Origin: an uncultured Planctomycetaceae bacterium
GTDB taxonomy: Bacteria; Planctomycetota; Planctomycetia; Planctomycetales; Planctomycetaceae
NCBI GenBank assembly: GCA_963976765.1
Contig: CAXBME010000005.1
Span: 310,001 to 374,000 of the forward strand
DNA: 64,000 bases
Direction: 5' to 3'
Below the pieces are notes generated by a model. The model saw only the letters and a list, made by a program, of their open reading frames with translations. It did not search any database and was not told where the DNA came from. A program made the position numbers and the translations under genes. Of the stretch, positions 34,789 through 44,467 are shown one piece after another (the first letter of the stretch is position 1; every line of letters starts with the position of its first letter).

Positions 34789-36429
34789 ATGATGCAGGGC
34801 AGGAGTCTTACAGAAGGAAGCCGTCGCGCCGTAGAACTTGCGCGACGCCAGGCTGCCGAGTGGAATCATCCCGAAGTGCTGCCGGCTCACCTGCTGTGGG
34901 CATTGTTCGAAGAAGAGTCGCACGCGTTTGAGTTGCTTGAGCTTGCCGGTGTGACACGAGTCAATGTGGAACAACGCGACCTCTGGAACCGCTACACAAC
35001 CAACGGTGTGAAGGCCGAGTTGAAAGACGTTGAACTCTCAGCCGAAGATTCGCTGGAAGCACTGACTCGCGACGTTGCAGCCGTGTTCAAGACGGTGAAT
35101 GCCGAAAGCGCTCCGGACGAAAGCGAATTACTCGCCAGGGTTCATCGACTGGCGCGACAAACCGCTCGAAGCGAAGGACGGGATGTCGAGACGTCAAGCC
35201 TGCACCTTCTGGCGGCGATTATTCAGGTCGATCAGAACATCTCAGCGTTCCTCTTTGAATTTGGCGTAACTGCTGAGTCGTTCAAGCTATTTAATGGCAA
35301 CACGGATGAACTGACCGAGCCGATGCCGGTCTCTTTCGAAATCGATCTGCAATCAGTATCGACCAGTGAGCAGACAACGATTCTTCGGATACTCGACGCG
35401 TCCGCAAACAGAGCTCGAGAAGGGCTGCGCGTCGTGGAAGACTTTGTCAGGTTCTCGCTGGATGACGCTCATCTGTCCGAACTGCTGAAAAAGGCACGTC
35501 ATCAATTGCGTTCGGTTTTACAGGATTTCGACCATCAGTTGCTGGTCGACTGCCGGAACACAAGAGCTGACGTTGGCACTCAAATCACGACTTCGGCAGA
35601 GATGGTCCGAAGCGACTTGCTGTCTGTTGTCAAAGCCAGTTTGAAACGTGTCCAGGAAGCAACGCGGACGCTGGAAGAGTACTCGAAGGTGCTGCCGGTT
35701 TCTGTGGGAGATCCGGCTCAGCAGAGCGCCGCGCAGAAGCTTGAACAGCTTCGGTACGAGCTGTATTCCATCGAAAAGGCGGTACTCACCACGGTCGGTT
35801 CGCGACAACGGTTTGAAAGTCGCAATGTTTATCTGCTGTTGAGTTCTGATCAGTGCACCGGCGACGTTGAGCGTGTGCTGACAGAAGCGATCGCTGGCGG
35901 AGTTCGGATTGTTCAGATTCGCGAGAAGTCGATGGACGATCGTGAACTGCTTGACTATGCCCGAAAGGTTCGCCAGATCACGCGAGAATCCGGCACACTG
36001 CTGATTATGAATGACCGGCCGGATCTTGCCGTCTTGTGCGAAGCGGACGGCGTTCATGTCGGGCAGGATGAATTGAGTGTTCGAGATGTTCGCAGAATCG
36101 TCGGCCCCAGTTGCCTGATCGGCGTATCGACGCATTCGATCGAGCAGGCTCGCAACGCGGTACTGGACGGTGCCAGTTGCATCGGTGTCGGCCCGGTCTT
36201 TCAGTCCGGAACGAAGTCTTTTGACAAATTCGCAGGCCTGGCATTTGTGCGGGAAGTGGCTGCCGAGATCCAGCTGCCATGGTTCCCGATCGGCGGCATT
36301 GACTTATCGAATGTCGACGCTGTCGTCGAAGCCGGCGCGTCGCGCGTTGCCGTCAGCGGAGCTGTCTGCCGTTCGGACAATCCGTGTCGTGCCGCCGAGC
36401 AACTGGTCGCCCGACTTTCGAACCACTAG
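34789..36429 (+). CDS. thiE: Thiamine-phosphate synthase with N-terminal Clp-N repeats and a ThiD2-like domain
   Basis: C-terminal VQIREK, NDRPD, DGVHVGQDE, IGVSTH, PIGGI; middle RILDASANRAREGLRVVED; N-terminal AVELARRQA..HPEVLPAHLLWAL. Confidence 0.92.
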   Translation: MMQGRSLTEGSRRAVELARRQAAEWNHPEVLPAHLLWALFEEESHAFELLELAGVTRVNVEQRDLWNRYTTNGVKAELKDVELSAEDSLEALTRDVAAVFKTVNAESAPDESELLARVHRLARQTARSEGRDVETSSLHLLAAIIQVDQNISAFLFEFGVTAESFKLFNGNTDELTEPMPVSFEIDLQSVSTSEQTTILRILDASANRAREGLRVVEDFVRFSLDDAHLSELLKKARHQLRSVLQDFDHQLLVDCRNTRADVGTQITTSAEMVRSDLLSVVKASLKRVQEATRTLEEYSKVLPVSVGDPAQQSAAQKLEQLRYELYSIEKAVLTTVGSRQRFESRNVYLLLSSDQCTGDVERVLTEAIAGGVRIVQIREKSMDDRELLDYARKVRQITRESGTLLIMNDRPDLAVLCEADGVHVGQDELSVRDVRRIVGPSCLIGVSTHSIEQARNAVLDGASCIGVGPVFQSGTKSFDKFAGLAFVREVAAEIQLPWFPIGGIDLSNVDAVVEAGASRVAVSGAVCRSDNPCRAAEQLVARLSNH

Positions 36430-36610
36430 GCTGCGTCACGCTGTTGTTTCGGGACCGAATCCGGTTGTGCTGGCAGTCAGTTTTTTCGGGACAAGGATAA
36501 AACCACGGGCTGTCAGCCTGCGCCGACGGCGGATTCTGTTGAGGGACAACGATTGACCTCGCGGCAGTTGCGGTAACCAGTTTAATCAATCAGGGACGGT
36601 CGTTTCGGAA

Positions 36611-37423
36611 ATGGAAATCCTTCACGCAATTATCCTGGGCATTGTGCAGGGTGTCGGCGAGTTCCTGCCGATCAGCTCGTCCGGGCATCTTGTGATCGCC
36701 GATGCGCTGCTCGACCAGTCCGCAGGAACTGAAGGTGCCGAAAGCGCGAACAAGCTGCTGATGAATGTCGTGCTGCACCTGGGCACGCTGCTCTCAATTC
36801 TGATCGTCTACCGAAAAGAACTCTGGAATCTTCGGCTGCAACCCAGAGCCTGCATGCTGATCGTGCTGGCTTCCGTACCGGCCGGGCTGCTCGGCATTCT
36901 TGCTAAGGAGCAGTTAGAAGGGGTCTTCGAAACACCCCTGGTTGTAGGCGTCGCCCTCTTTGTGACAGCGGCTTGTCTCGTTGGTGGACAGAAACTTGAG
37001 CGCAGCGAGCTGGACTACGACCAGCTCTCGTTTGGCAAATCGCTGATCATTGGGCTTTTTCAGGCGATCGCCTTGATCCCTGGGATTTCCCGTTCTGGAA
37101 GCACGATATCGGGCGGACTGCTGCTTGGTTTGAAGCGAGACGCCGCTGCCGCTTTTTCGTTTCTGATGGCCGTCCCGGTAATCGGCGGAGCGGCTCTTCT
37201 TAAGGCAAAGGACGTCCTTTCCGGTGATCTGGTTATCGGCGATCCACTGCCGCTGATCGTCGGTGGAGTCACCGCGTTTCTGGTGGGATTGCTCACGCTT
37301 CGCTGGCTCGTCGCTTTGATCGCCAAAGGCCGGCTCTACTGGTTCGCCTACTATTGCGTGGGAGCAGGCACGGCGACGATCTGCTGGCAGCTGATTAAGT
37401 CGGTAACCGCGATCCCGCAATGA
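36611..37423 (+). CDS. uppP: Undecaprenyl-diphosphate phosphatase
   Basis: GIVQGVGEFLPISSSGHL, LHLGT, PGISRSGSTI. Confidence 0.96.
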   Translation: MEILHAIILGIVQGVGEFLPISSSGHLVIADALLDQSAGTEGAESANKLLMNVVLHLGTLLSILIVYRKELWNLRLQPRACMLIVLASVPAGLLGILAKEQLEGVFETPLVVGVALFVTAACLVGGQKLERSELDYDQLSFGKSLIIGLFQAIALIPGISRSGSTISGGLLLGLKRDAAAAFSFLMAVPVIGGAALLKAKDVLSGDLVIGDPLPLIVGGVTAFLVGLLTLRWLVALIAKGRLYWFAYYCVGAGTATICWQLIKSVTAIPQ

Positions 37424-37475
37424 TCATTGGAGAATTTGGTGACTGGAAAGTCGGGTTGCAGTTTTTGGCGGAGCC

Positions 37476-37784
37476 TTGTCGACAGTGATTGATCTGGTTC
37501 AGTTGGAAAATGGAATTCTGCTTCCGGTAAAAGCTCACGCTGGTGCCAGAGTAAACGGGATTACCGGACAGCATGATGGAGCGTTGAAAGTTTCCGTGAC
37601 GCAGACGCCCGAGAAAGGAAAGGCCAACAAGGCATTGGTCAAGGTGATCGCGGCAGAGTTCGGGGTGAAGAATTCCCAGGTTGAACTCAGCAGTGGCGCC
37701 ACTTCACCCACAAAGTCGTTTGTCGTTTCAGGGATCGAACTTGAAGACTTGAGTCGTCGGCTGCAAGCAATTCTGAAATCGTAG
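37476..37784 (+). CDS. DUF167 / YggU family protein
   Basis: LKVSVTQTPEKGKANKAL, SGATSPTK. Confidence 0.88.
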   Translation: MSTVIDLVQLENGILLPVKAHAGARVNGITGQHDGALKVSVTQTPEKGKANKALVKVIAAEFGVKNSQVELSSGATSPTKSFVVSGIELEDLSRRLQAILKS

Positions 37785-37884
37785 TTTGCGGTTCATAAAC
37801 GCTCGGAAGGGAAACTGATTCGGCAGGCGATACTTGGTCGGAAACCGCATTGATGTCGCCGACGCATCGTCTCCGGACTGGTCG

Positions 37885-37913
37885 TTGACAGGGTTATATG
37901 GGAGAAATACGAT
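37885..37913 (+). promoter_or_regulatory. Near-consensus sigma70 promoter for the Exb/Tol-like operon
   Basis: TTGACA-17 nt-TACGAT. Confidence 0.7.
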
Positions 37914-38163
37914 GGCCGACCTTGTCTGTATTATTCTCTCCGTTCAGGAGAGGCTTGTTCTGAACATCAACCGGCTTCGGAACCTGCACATCCCAGACTC
38001 ACAGCAAAGCAGTCTCCGGCAATGGATCATTGCCGGAAATGCAGCGGCACCGTTTGTCGTCACTCGCTGATGTGTCTGTAAAGATGATTTCCTTGGTGAA
38101 CTGCTGAAGATTCTGGTAATCGACCAACGTTCGTGACGCCTGCCAGTGGAGTCTGCACGGTCT

Positions 38164-39069
38164 ATGTCTCAAGCGCCGCCGACATTGGAAGCCCGTCCTC
38201 AACCAGTCATGGGGACGACTCAGTACGACAAGGCGTCTGCTGGGATGATTGCGGCGGTCGCAGGCCTGCTCGGATTGACCGCCCTGCTGATCGCAGTCTG
38301 GTTTACGAATCGTCTCCCGGCTCCTCCTGAACCTGTGCCGTTTGAAATCGTCGAGATGCCCGGCGGGTATGAAGACGGCAGCCCAGACGAAACGATGGAG
38401 CTGGAGTCTCCTGAGGAGGAAGTTCCCGATCCAGCCATCGCTGAGTCTCAGGAAGAGGAGAGTCAGATCGAGGAAATGCTGGAAACGATCGTTGAGCTTT
38501 CCGATTCGGCCAGTCAGGAAGTTGAGACTCTTAAGTCGGATCAGAAGGCTAACTCGGGTCAGGTGGGCAGCGCATCCGGAACCGGTGGTCGACCACTGGG
38601 TATGGGGGGGGGCGGCAAAGGCGGCATCGGTCGCGAACAGCGCTGGCGGATCAAATTCGACGACGGAGATCTTGAGACTTACGCCAAGCAGCTGGACTTT
38701 TTTAGCATCGAACTCGGTGCGTTGTTCAAAGATGGTCGGCTGGTCTTTATCAAGAATCTATCCAAACCGAAGCCTGATCAGCGAGTGGTGCAGACAGGCA
38801 GCGGCGAAGACCGCCTTTACATGACCTGGCGAGGCGGTTCGCGCAAGCAGGCCGATGCGTCGCTTTTCAAGAAGGCAGGCGTCCCGAATGCTGATTCCGC
38901 GATGTTGATGCACTTTTATGCTCCGGAAACAGAACAACTGCTTGCCCGCACAGAAATTGCTTATCGAAACCGCAAGTCGACAGAAATTCGCAGCACTTAT
39001 TTCTCCGTCAGAAAAGATGGTCCCGGTTACAAATTTGTCGTCACCAGTCAGTCGTACCTTTCCCGCTGA
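38164..39069 (+). CDS. TonB/TolA-like single-pass membrane protein
   Basis: N-terminal TM, Pro/Glu-rich linker, Gly-rich hinge (GSASGTGG..GMGGGGKGG), globular C-terminal domain; precedes exbB/exbD. Confidence 0.6.
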   Translation: MSQAPPTLEARPQPVMGTTQYDKASAGMIAAVAGLLGLTALLIAVWFTNRLPAPPEPVPFEIVEMPGGYEDGSPDETMELESPEEEVPDPAIAESQEEESQIEEMLETIVELSDSASQEVETLKSDQKANSGQVGSASGTGGRPLGMGGGGKGGIGREQRWRIKFDDGDLETYAKQLDFFSIELGALFKDGRLVFIKNLSKPKPDQRVVQTGSGEDRLYMTWRGGSRKQADASLFKKAGVPNADSAMLMHFYAPETEQLLARTEIAYRNRKSTEIRSTYFSVRKDGPGYKFVVTSQSYLSR

Positions 39070-39142
39070 CATCGAGCAGGCGATTCCTCGCCCGGCAGGT
39101 AAAGTCAGCCGAATTCAACTACAGCAGCATTGATGGATTGAA

Positions 39143-39805
39143 ATGGAACTAACTCAAATTCTTGGCTGGATCGGCGACGCTATTTACGCATCGATGGCGG
39201 GCGTTGCTCTTTACGGTGTGTTCACGGTCATTCTGCTCGCCCGGCGAATCACTCAGAAACGATTCAGCGGTCATGCCGCTGCGGATGAGTTTCTCGACGG
39301 TGTGAGAGACAGCATGAACAATCAGAATTATGAAGAAGCCGCTGACCTGTGTGACTCTCCCAACTACTGGGCGAAAGCGATTCCTCAGTTGATCATGGTG
39401 GGGCTGGCGAATCGTCAGCGACCGATCAACAAGATTCGCAAGACAATGGGCGAGCACTTTGATCGCGAAATTCAGGCCGACCTGGACTATCGCATGTCCT
39501 GGATTAACACTGTTGTAAAGACGGCTCCGATGCTTGGGCTGCTCGGGACAGTGACAGGTATGATCCAGGCGTTCGGTAAAATCGCCGCTGCTTCGAAAGG
39601 CGGTTCTGATCCAAGTGCGCTGGCTGGTGACATCAGCTTCGCCTTGTTCACAACGGCGTTGGGTCTGATTATCGCCATTCCGCTCGTTATGGGTGGAGCC
39701 TGGATTAACGTTCGAATTGGCAAGCTTCAGGACGAAGTTCAGCAGTACCTGGGAGTCTTCCTGGAAGATCTTGAAGCCGCCGTGGCAAAAGCCGGGAGAC
39801 GTTAA
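39143..39805 (+). CDS. MotA/TolQ/ExbB proton channel protein
   Basis: APMLGLLGTVTGMIQAF and ISFALFTTALGLIIAIP TM motifs. Confidence 0.93.
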   Translation: MELTQILGWIGDAIYASMAGVALYGVFTVILLARRITQKRFSGHAAADEFLDGVRDSMNNQNYEEAADLCDSPNYWAKAIPQLIMVGLANRQRPINKIRKTMGEHFDREIQADLDYRMSWINTVVKTAPMLGLLGTVTGMIQAFGKIAAASKGGSDPSALAGDISFALFTTALGLIIAIPLVMGGAWINVRIGKLQDEVQQYLGVFLEDLEAAVAKAGRR

Positions 39806-39807
39806 AC

Positions 39808-40257
39808 ATGGCGAAAGGTTCGCTGGGTGGAGACTCCATCAAGAAAAAGAAGAAAGACGAAGCCGAACTCGACATCACACCGATGATCGATGTCGTGTTT
39901 CTTCTGCTGATCTTTTTCATGGTCACATCCACGATGGACGACCAGAAGGCCGCGAACGTGCCGCCTGCCAAACACGGCGTCGGAGCCGACGCCAACAAAG
40001 CGACCATTATTTCGATCCTGGCCGATTCCGGAGGCGGTCTTGGCCGAGTCGTCCTGGGAGACAGTCCTGACGGCGAGGAGATCGTCAATCTCGATCTAGT
40101 TCGACGTCACGTTCAGGCCTCATACAACGAAGGAAAAGAGCTTTGCATCATTAAGGCAGAACGCGACGTGATGGAGGGTCGAGTCCAGGAAGTTCTGAAA
40201 GTCCTGGCCGACATTGACGGCTTGAAGTTCGCCATCGGCGTCCAGGATCCTCAATAG
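39808..40257 (+). CDS. ExbD/TolR family protein
   Basis: ELDITPMIDVVFLLLIFFMVT with the conserved Asp; IIKAER. Confidence 0.92.
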   Translation: MAKGSLGGDSIKKKKKDEAELDITPMIDVVFLLLIFFMVTSTMDDQKAANVPPAKHGVGADANKATIISILADSGGGLGRVVLGDSPDGEEIVNLDLVRRHVQASYNEGKELCIIKAERDVMEGRVQEVLKVLADIDGLKFAIGVQDPQ

Positions 40258-40269
40258 GAAGCGGTTCGG

Positions 40270-41214
40270 ATGCCAATCAAGTTTCGTTGCCCGAAGTGCA
40301 ACCAGGCATACAGCATTTCCAGCAAGAAGGCTGGAACGTCGCTGCGCTGTCAGAAGTGCGACGCGAAAATGCGCATTCCAGCGTTGAAGTCGAGCGCTGA
40401 CGAAGAAGCCAAAGAAACCAGAACAGAAAACGCCCGCGTTTCGGAGCAGCCTGAAGACGAACAGGCGGACATGGCTGCGGCCATGCAGAATCTGCTGGAT
40501 GATGATGACGAAGTGGGCAGTGGCGATGCCGTTGACCTTTCCGCAGACGACGCTCCTGAGAATTCTACAGCTGCCAGTGCCAATGCTGTTGAGGAAGACG
40601 ATCAGCCGGCAACAGTTGATAACGTTGAGACAGAAGCAGCTAAGTCTGAAGCCGATGCAGCGGACGACGACCTGGCCGCCGTTCTGGCCTTTGAACAGTC
40701 GCTTGAAGACGACGAACCGGCGCCGACTCCGCAAGCATCGATTCCGGACGAGCTGTTTGCCGGAGACGACGATGAAGACGAGGATGAGGACGAATCCTGG
40801 GGCGGAAGCCGCGCGGGCGACGACGAAGAGATGGATCTGACACCGATGGTCGATGTCACGTTCCTGCTCCTGGTTTTCTTTATGATTACAGCGTCGTTCA
40901 GTATTCAGAAAACTCTGGAAGTGCCGCCGCCGAATCCTGACGAGAGTGGCGCCTCGCAGTCTCAGAAAATTGAAGATATGGAAGAGAAATCTGTTCTCGT
41001 TCATATCGACTCGCGAAATGTGATCTCCGTCGATGATGAACCGCTCAACGACCCGACCCGTCTGGCAGATATTATGAGATCGAAACGGATGTCCGAAGTC
41101 CTGATTACCGCTCACGAAAATTCAACACATGACATGCTGACCAAGGTGATCGACGCTTCCAATGAGGTCGGCATGCAGAAAATCCGAGTCGGCATCGTCA
41201 AAGGAAATGACTGA
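40270..41214 (+). CDS. ExbD/TolR protein with N-terminal Zn-ribbon and long acidic linker
   Basis: CPKC..CQKC; about 150-aa D/E-rich linker; MDLTPMVDVTFLLLVFFMIT; VLITAH..STH. Confidence 0.88.
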   Translation: MPIKFRCPKCNQAYSISSKKAGTSLRCQKCDAKMRIPALKSSADEEAKETRTENARVSEQPEDEQADMAAAMQNLLDDDDEVGSGDAVDLSADDAPENSTAASANAVEEDDQPATVDNVETEAAKSEADAADDDLAAVLAFEQSLEDDEPAPTPQASIPDELFAGDDDEDEDEDESWGGSRAGDDEEMDLTPMVDVTFLLLVFFMITASFSIQKTLEVPPPNPDESGASQSQKIEDMEEKSVLVHIDSRNVISVDDEPLNDPTRLADIMRSKRMSEVLITAHENSTHDMLTKVIDASNEVGMQKIRVGIVKGND

Positions 41215-41344
41215 CGACAACAACGACGACGGGGCCATCACGATTGCACTGGCCCTGGCGTGAAGCAGCACCTGACAAGCCTGGACGACCACAGCTGAGC
41301 AGCAGCCTGACACACTAACGGCTAACTTTGAGGAATACTGGAAG

Positions 41345-44300
41345 ATGGCAAAGAATGGCCCGGACTGGCTCGACGAAGATGACCTCTTCGACGACGACGA
41401 AGGCGGCGTCTTCGAAGAAGATGGCGAATCTTCGCGGAAGCCATCGCGCGGAAAATCTCCCAAGGGCGGTCGCGGCAAGCCGGAGAAGAAAGCCAGGGAG
41501 TCGTCCGGCGATGAAGTCGAAAGCTCGGGCGACGGCGAAAAGAAGCAATCACTGGCTGCACGATTGGCGGCTCGTAAAAAAAGACCAGGTGAACAGGAGA
41601 TCTTGAAGTCGCCGTTCGTCCTAACTCTGGCGGCCGGAGCGGCAATTCTGATTGTGTCCGCAGGCGCTTTCTGGTTCATCATTGGCCGCGACACGGTTAC
41701 GAAGCAGATGATGGCGGTCGATGACGCCATCGCCGAACAGAGATATAATCAGGCGATCTCGATGCTGGAGGAATTTCTTCTCAACCACGGTCGAGACAGC
41801 TATACCGAGATGGCGACACTCAAACTCGCCAAAACTCGAATTGATGAGCAGATTGGCGGGTCGGCTCCCGATTGGGAAAAAGGACTGGCAGCGCTGAACC
41901 GGTACATTGATGACTGCCGCGATTTCGCCACTTACCCCGATCAGTACCCCATGCTGGCTGAGATCGCCGAGAAGATTTCGCTCGGCGCGCTGGAGACCGC
42001 AGGCAAGTCGAAAAACCGCAAGCTGCTGGATATCTCGGAAGAAGCAGAGCCAAAGATTGACCAGTTCAGCGATCAGGAAAACCTGCCGGTTGAGGTTCAT
42101 GTCAGGATTAAGTTGGCTCGGGAAAAGGCCATCGACTCAATCCGCAAGTACGAGACCACTCAGGACACCTACAAAGAGATCGCCAAATTTCTTGAAGCGA
42201 AACGACCAATTGACGCTCTCAAATCGCGACGACGCCTGCTGGATCGATACCCGGATCTCATCAAAGACGGGAAGCTCGCTACGTTACTTGAGCAGACACT
42301 GGAGACTGAACGAGGGCTCGTTACCTTTGAAGAAATTGATCGTGCCGCTTCGACAGAAGATCGAGAGCTGCCCGTTCCACAACCCCTGACTCTGACATTA
42401 CACACTCGGGCGAGAACCGAAGATGTCAGTGAAGGTCGAACCGTTTTTGTCGTCGCGCAGGGTTGCTGTTTCGGTATCGACACCGTCACGGGTGATCCAG
42501 TCTGGCGCCGGTCTATCGGACTCGACACGCCATTCTTTCCGATTTCCGTCGACACGACGGTTCCAGGACTTGTCCTGTTTGACACGACACATCAGGAACT
42601 GGTCCTGCTGAATCGGTTGACTGGTAAATTTGTGTGGCGGCAACCGCTCGGCGAACCGGTCTCGGGGACGATCCTCGAACACGACGGTCAGCTTTACGTG
42701 CCGACGCTGGGCAACCATTTGTACAAGATTGATCTTCAGTCCGGCCTGGCGTCGATGAGATTGACGTTTTCACAACCGGTCTATTCGCCACCAGTCTTGA
42801 CGCGGGACGGGCAGCATTTGATTGTTGCTGGCAACGAAGCCGTCACATACTCGATGACGACGCGACCGCTGGAATGCCGTCGGGTGTCGTTTACGAATCA
42901 GAAGCCAGGCTCAATGGATGCCCCAATGCTGGCAATGGGCGAACTGGTTTTGATGGCTGAAAACGATCGTGCCGGACAGGCATTGTTGCGAGTGCTCGAT
43001 GCCAGCGACTCAGAAACAGGACTACCTGAAGTTGCTGCCGTTCGACTGGGAAGCCATGTTCGCGACGCGCCGGTTCTCAGAGGCAACCGACTGTATGTGC
43101 CGACCGAAGGCGAACAGTTCAATGTCTTTACGGTCTCTGATGAGCCCGACAAAGAGCCGCTCTCGACAGTGGCGAAGCCACCGGCAAAGTCGGAGTACAA
43201 CGGCCCGGTTCATCTGCGGGCCGGCGCCGATGATCTCTTCTGGTCAGCCAGTGATTTCCTGCGGCAATTTCAATTGACGCAGGACGCGTTGCTCGAAGAT
43301 CAAAAGAAACGCATCTACATCGGAGCTTCTGCTCAGCCAATTCAGAGCATCGGTCGTAATCTTTTCGTCGGTCGCCGTCAGCTCGAAAGCGACGCGGTTT
43401 CGTTCACGCAGGTGGACGGCGAACAAATGGCGAGCGAGTGGCGGACTGTACTCGGCGGTGGCGTTCTTGCCATTTCACCAGCACGACCAGACACCGCTGT
43501 GTGCCTGACCCGCTCCGGCGACCTCTTCCAGATCAGTGACTCCAGCATTGAAGCTGGAGGGTTCCTGTTTCGCGCAGAAGGCACGCTGGAACTACCCGAG
43601 GGACTCACTGATCCGTTACGAGCAACGCTCTTGCCTGACAACCGAATCGCTGTCGTCTGTGGAGGCGATAAGCCTCGGCTGTGGATTATCAATCAGGCTG
43701 GAAAAGTAGGGCAGGAATTTCCGCTGTCCGCCGCCCCGGTTGCCGATCCGGTTCCAATCGCCGGAGGTGTAGTCGTCGCGCTTCCCACAAAGCTCAGCGT
43801 GTTCGGCACCAGTTCCGCTCGTGTTGAAGACTTTCTGGGAACTGTCGACAAAGACGCTGAAGTCAGTTGGGCGTCATTGCTGCCTCAGGATGAGAATCAC
43901 ATTTTCGCCGTTGATCGCCAAGGAAAAATCAGCAGGCTTCAGTTTCGGACAAGTCCGTCGGCGCACCTTCAGCAGGTTGACAGCATCAGTATTGGGCAGC
44001 CACTTGACGTCAAACCAATTGTTGACAACAGTCGCCTGTTTGTTGCAGACGCCGGCGGAAAGGTCCAAGTCCTTGATGTCGTCGCTTTTGAACAGCAGGC
44101 GACGGCTGACCCAGGCTCGCCTGCCGTGGGAGTGCTCGGTGTTACTGGAAACCTGATGCTTGTTGAAACGGCGCAAGGGCAACTGCAGTGTCTGAAGACT
44201 GACGATAACCTCGCCAGGGCCTGGTCGATCGACCTTAAGGGGGATCATCTGACTGGTACGCCATTGTTGAATAATGGCCAGGTCGTGCTTGCCACCATGA

Positions 44301-44467
44301 ACGGCAAGGTGTTGTCCATCAATGCCGAATCTGGAGAGATAACCAGGTCGCTGCAACTCGACCAGTTCCTCGAAAACGGCCCGGTAAATGTTGCTGGCAA
44401 GGTTGTTGTCACTTCAATCGACGGCAGTTTCTACCGGATCGATTCGATCCTCGGAGGGAGTCAGTGA
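41345..44467 (+). CDS. Membrane-anchored TPR-like plus PQQ/BamB-like beta-propeller protein
   Basis: Charged cytoplasmic N-tail, one TM, helical RYNQAISMLEEFL region, GIDTVTGDPVWRR and SINAESGE propeller blades. Confidence 0.75.
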   Translation: MAKNGPDWLDEDDLFDDDEGGVFEEDGESSRKPSRGKSPKGGRGKPEKKARESSGDEVESSGDGEKKQSLAARLAARKKRPGEQEILKSPFVLTLAAGAAILIVSAGAFWFIIGRDTVTKQMMAVDDAIAEQRYNQAISMLEEFLLNHGRDSYTEMATLKLAKTRIDEQIGGSAPDWEKGLAALNRYIDDCRDFATYPDQYPMLAEIAEKISLGALETAGKSKNRKLLDISEEAEPKIDQFSDQENLPVEVHVRIKLAREKAIDSIRKYETTQDTYKEIAKFLEAKRPIDALKSRRRLLDRYPDLIKDGKLATLLEQTLETERGLVTFEEIDRAASTEDRELPVPQPLTLTLHTRARTEDVSEGRTVFVVAQGCCFGIDTVTGDPVWRRSIGLDTPFFPISVDTTVPGLVLFDTTHQELVLLNRLTGKFVWRQPLGEPVSGTILEHDGQLYVPTLGNHLYKIDLQSGLASMRLTFSQPVYSPPVLTRDGQHLIVAGNEAVTYSMTTRPLECRRVSFTNQKPGSMDAPMLAMGELVLMAENDRAGQALLRVLDASDSETGLPEVAAVRLGSHVRDAPVLRGNRLYVPTEGEQFNVFTVSDEPDKEPLSTVAKPPAKSEYNGPVHLRAGADDLFWSASDFLRQFQLTQDALLEDQKKRIYIGASAQPIQSIGRNLFVGRRQLESDAVSFTQVDGEQMASEWRTVLGGGVLAISPARPDTAVCLTRSGDLFQISDSSIEAGGFLFRAEGTLELPEGLTDPLRATLLPDNRIAVVCGGDKPRLWIINQAGKVGQEFPLSAAPVADPVPIAGGVVVALPTKLSVFGTSSARVEDFLGTVDKDAEVSWASLLPQDENHIFAVDRQGKISRLQFRTSPSAHLQQVDSISIGQPLDVKPIVDNSRLFVADAGGKVQVLDVVAFEQQATADPGSPAVGVLGVTGNLMLVETAQGQLQCLKTDDNLARAWSIDLKGDHLTGTPLLNNGQVVLATMNGKVLSINAESGEITRSLQLDQFLENGPVNVAGKVVVTSIDGSFYRIDSILGGSQ

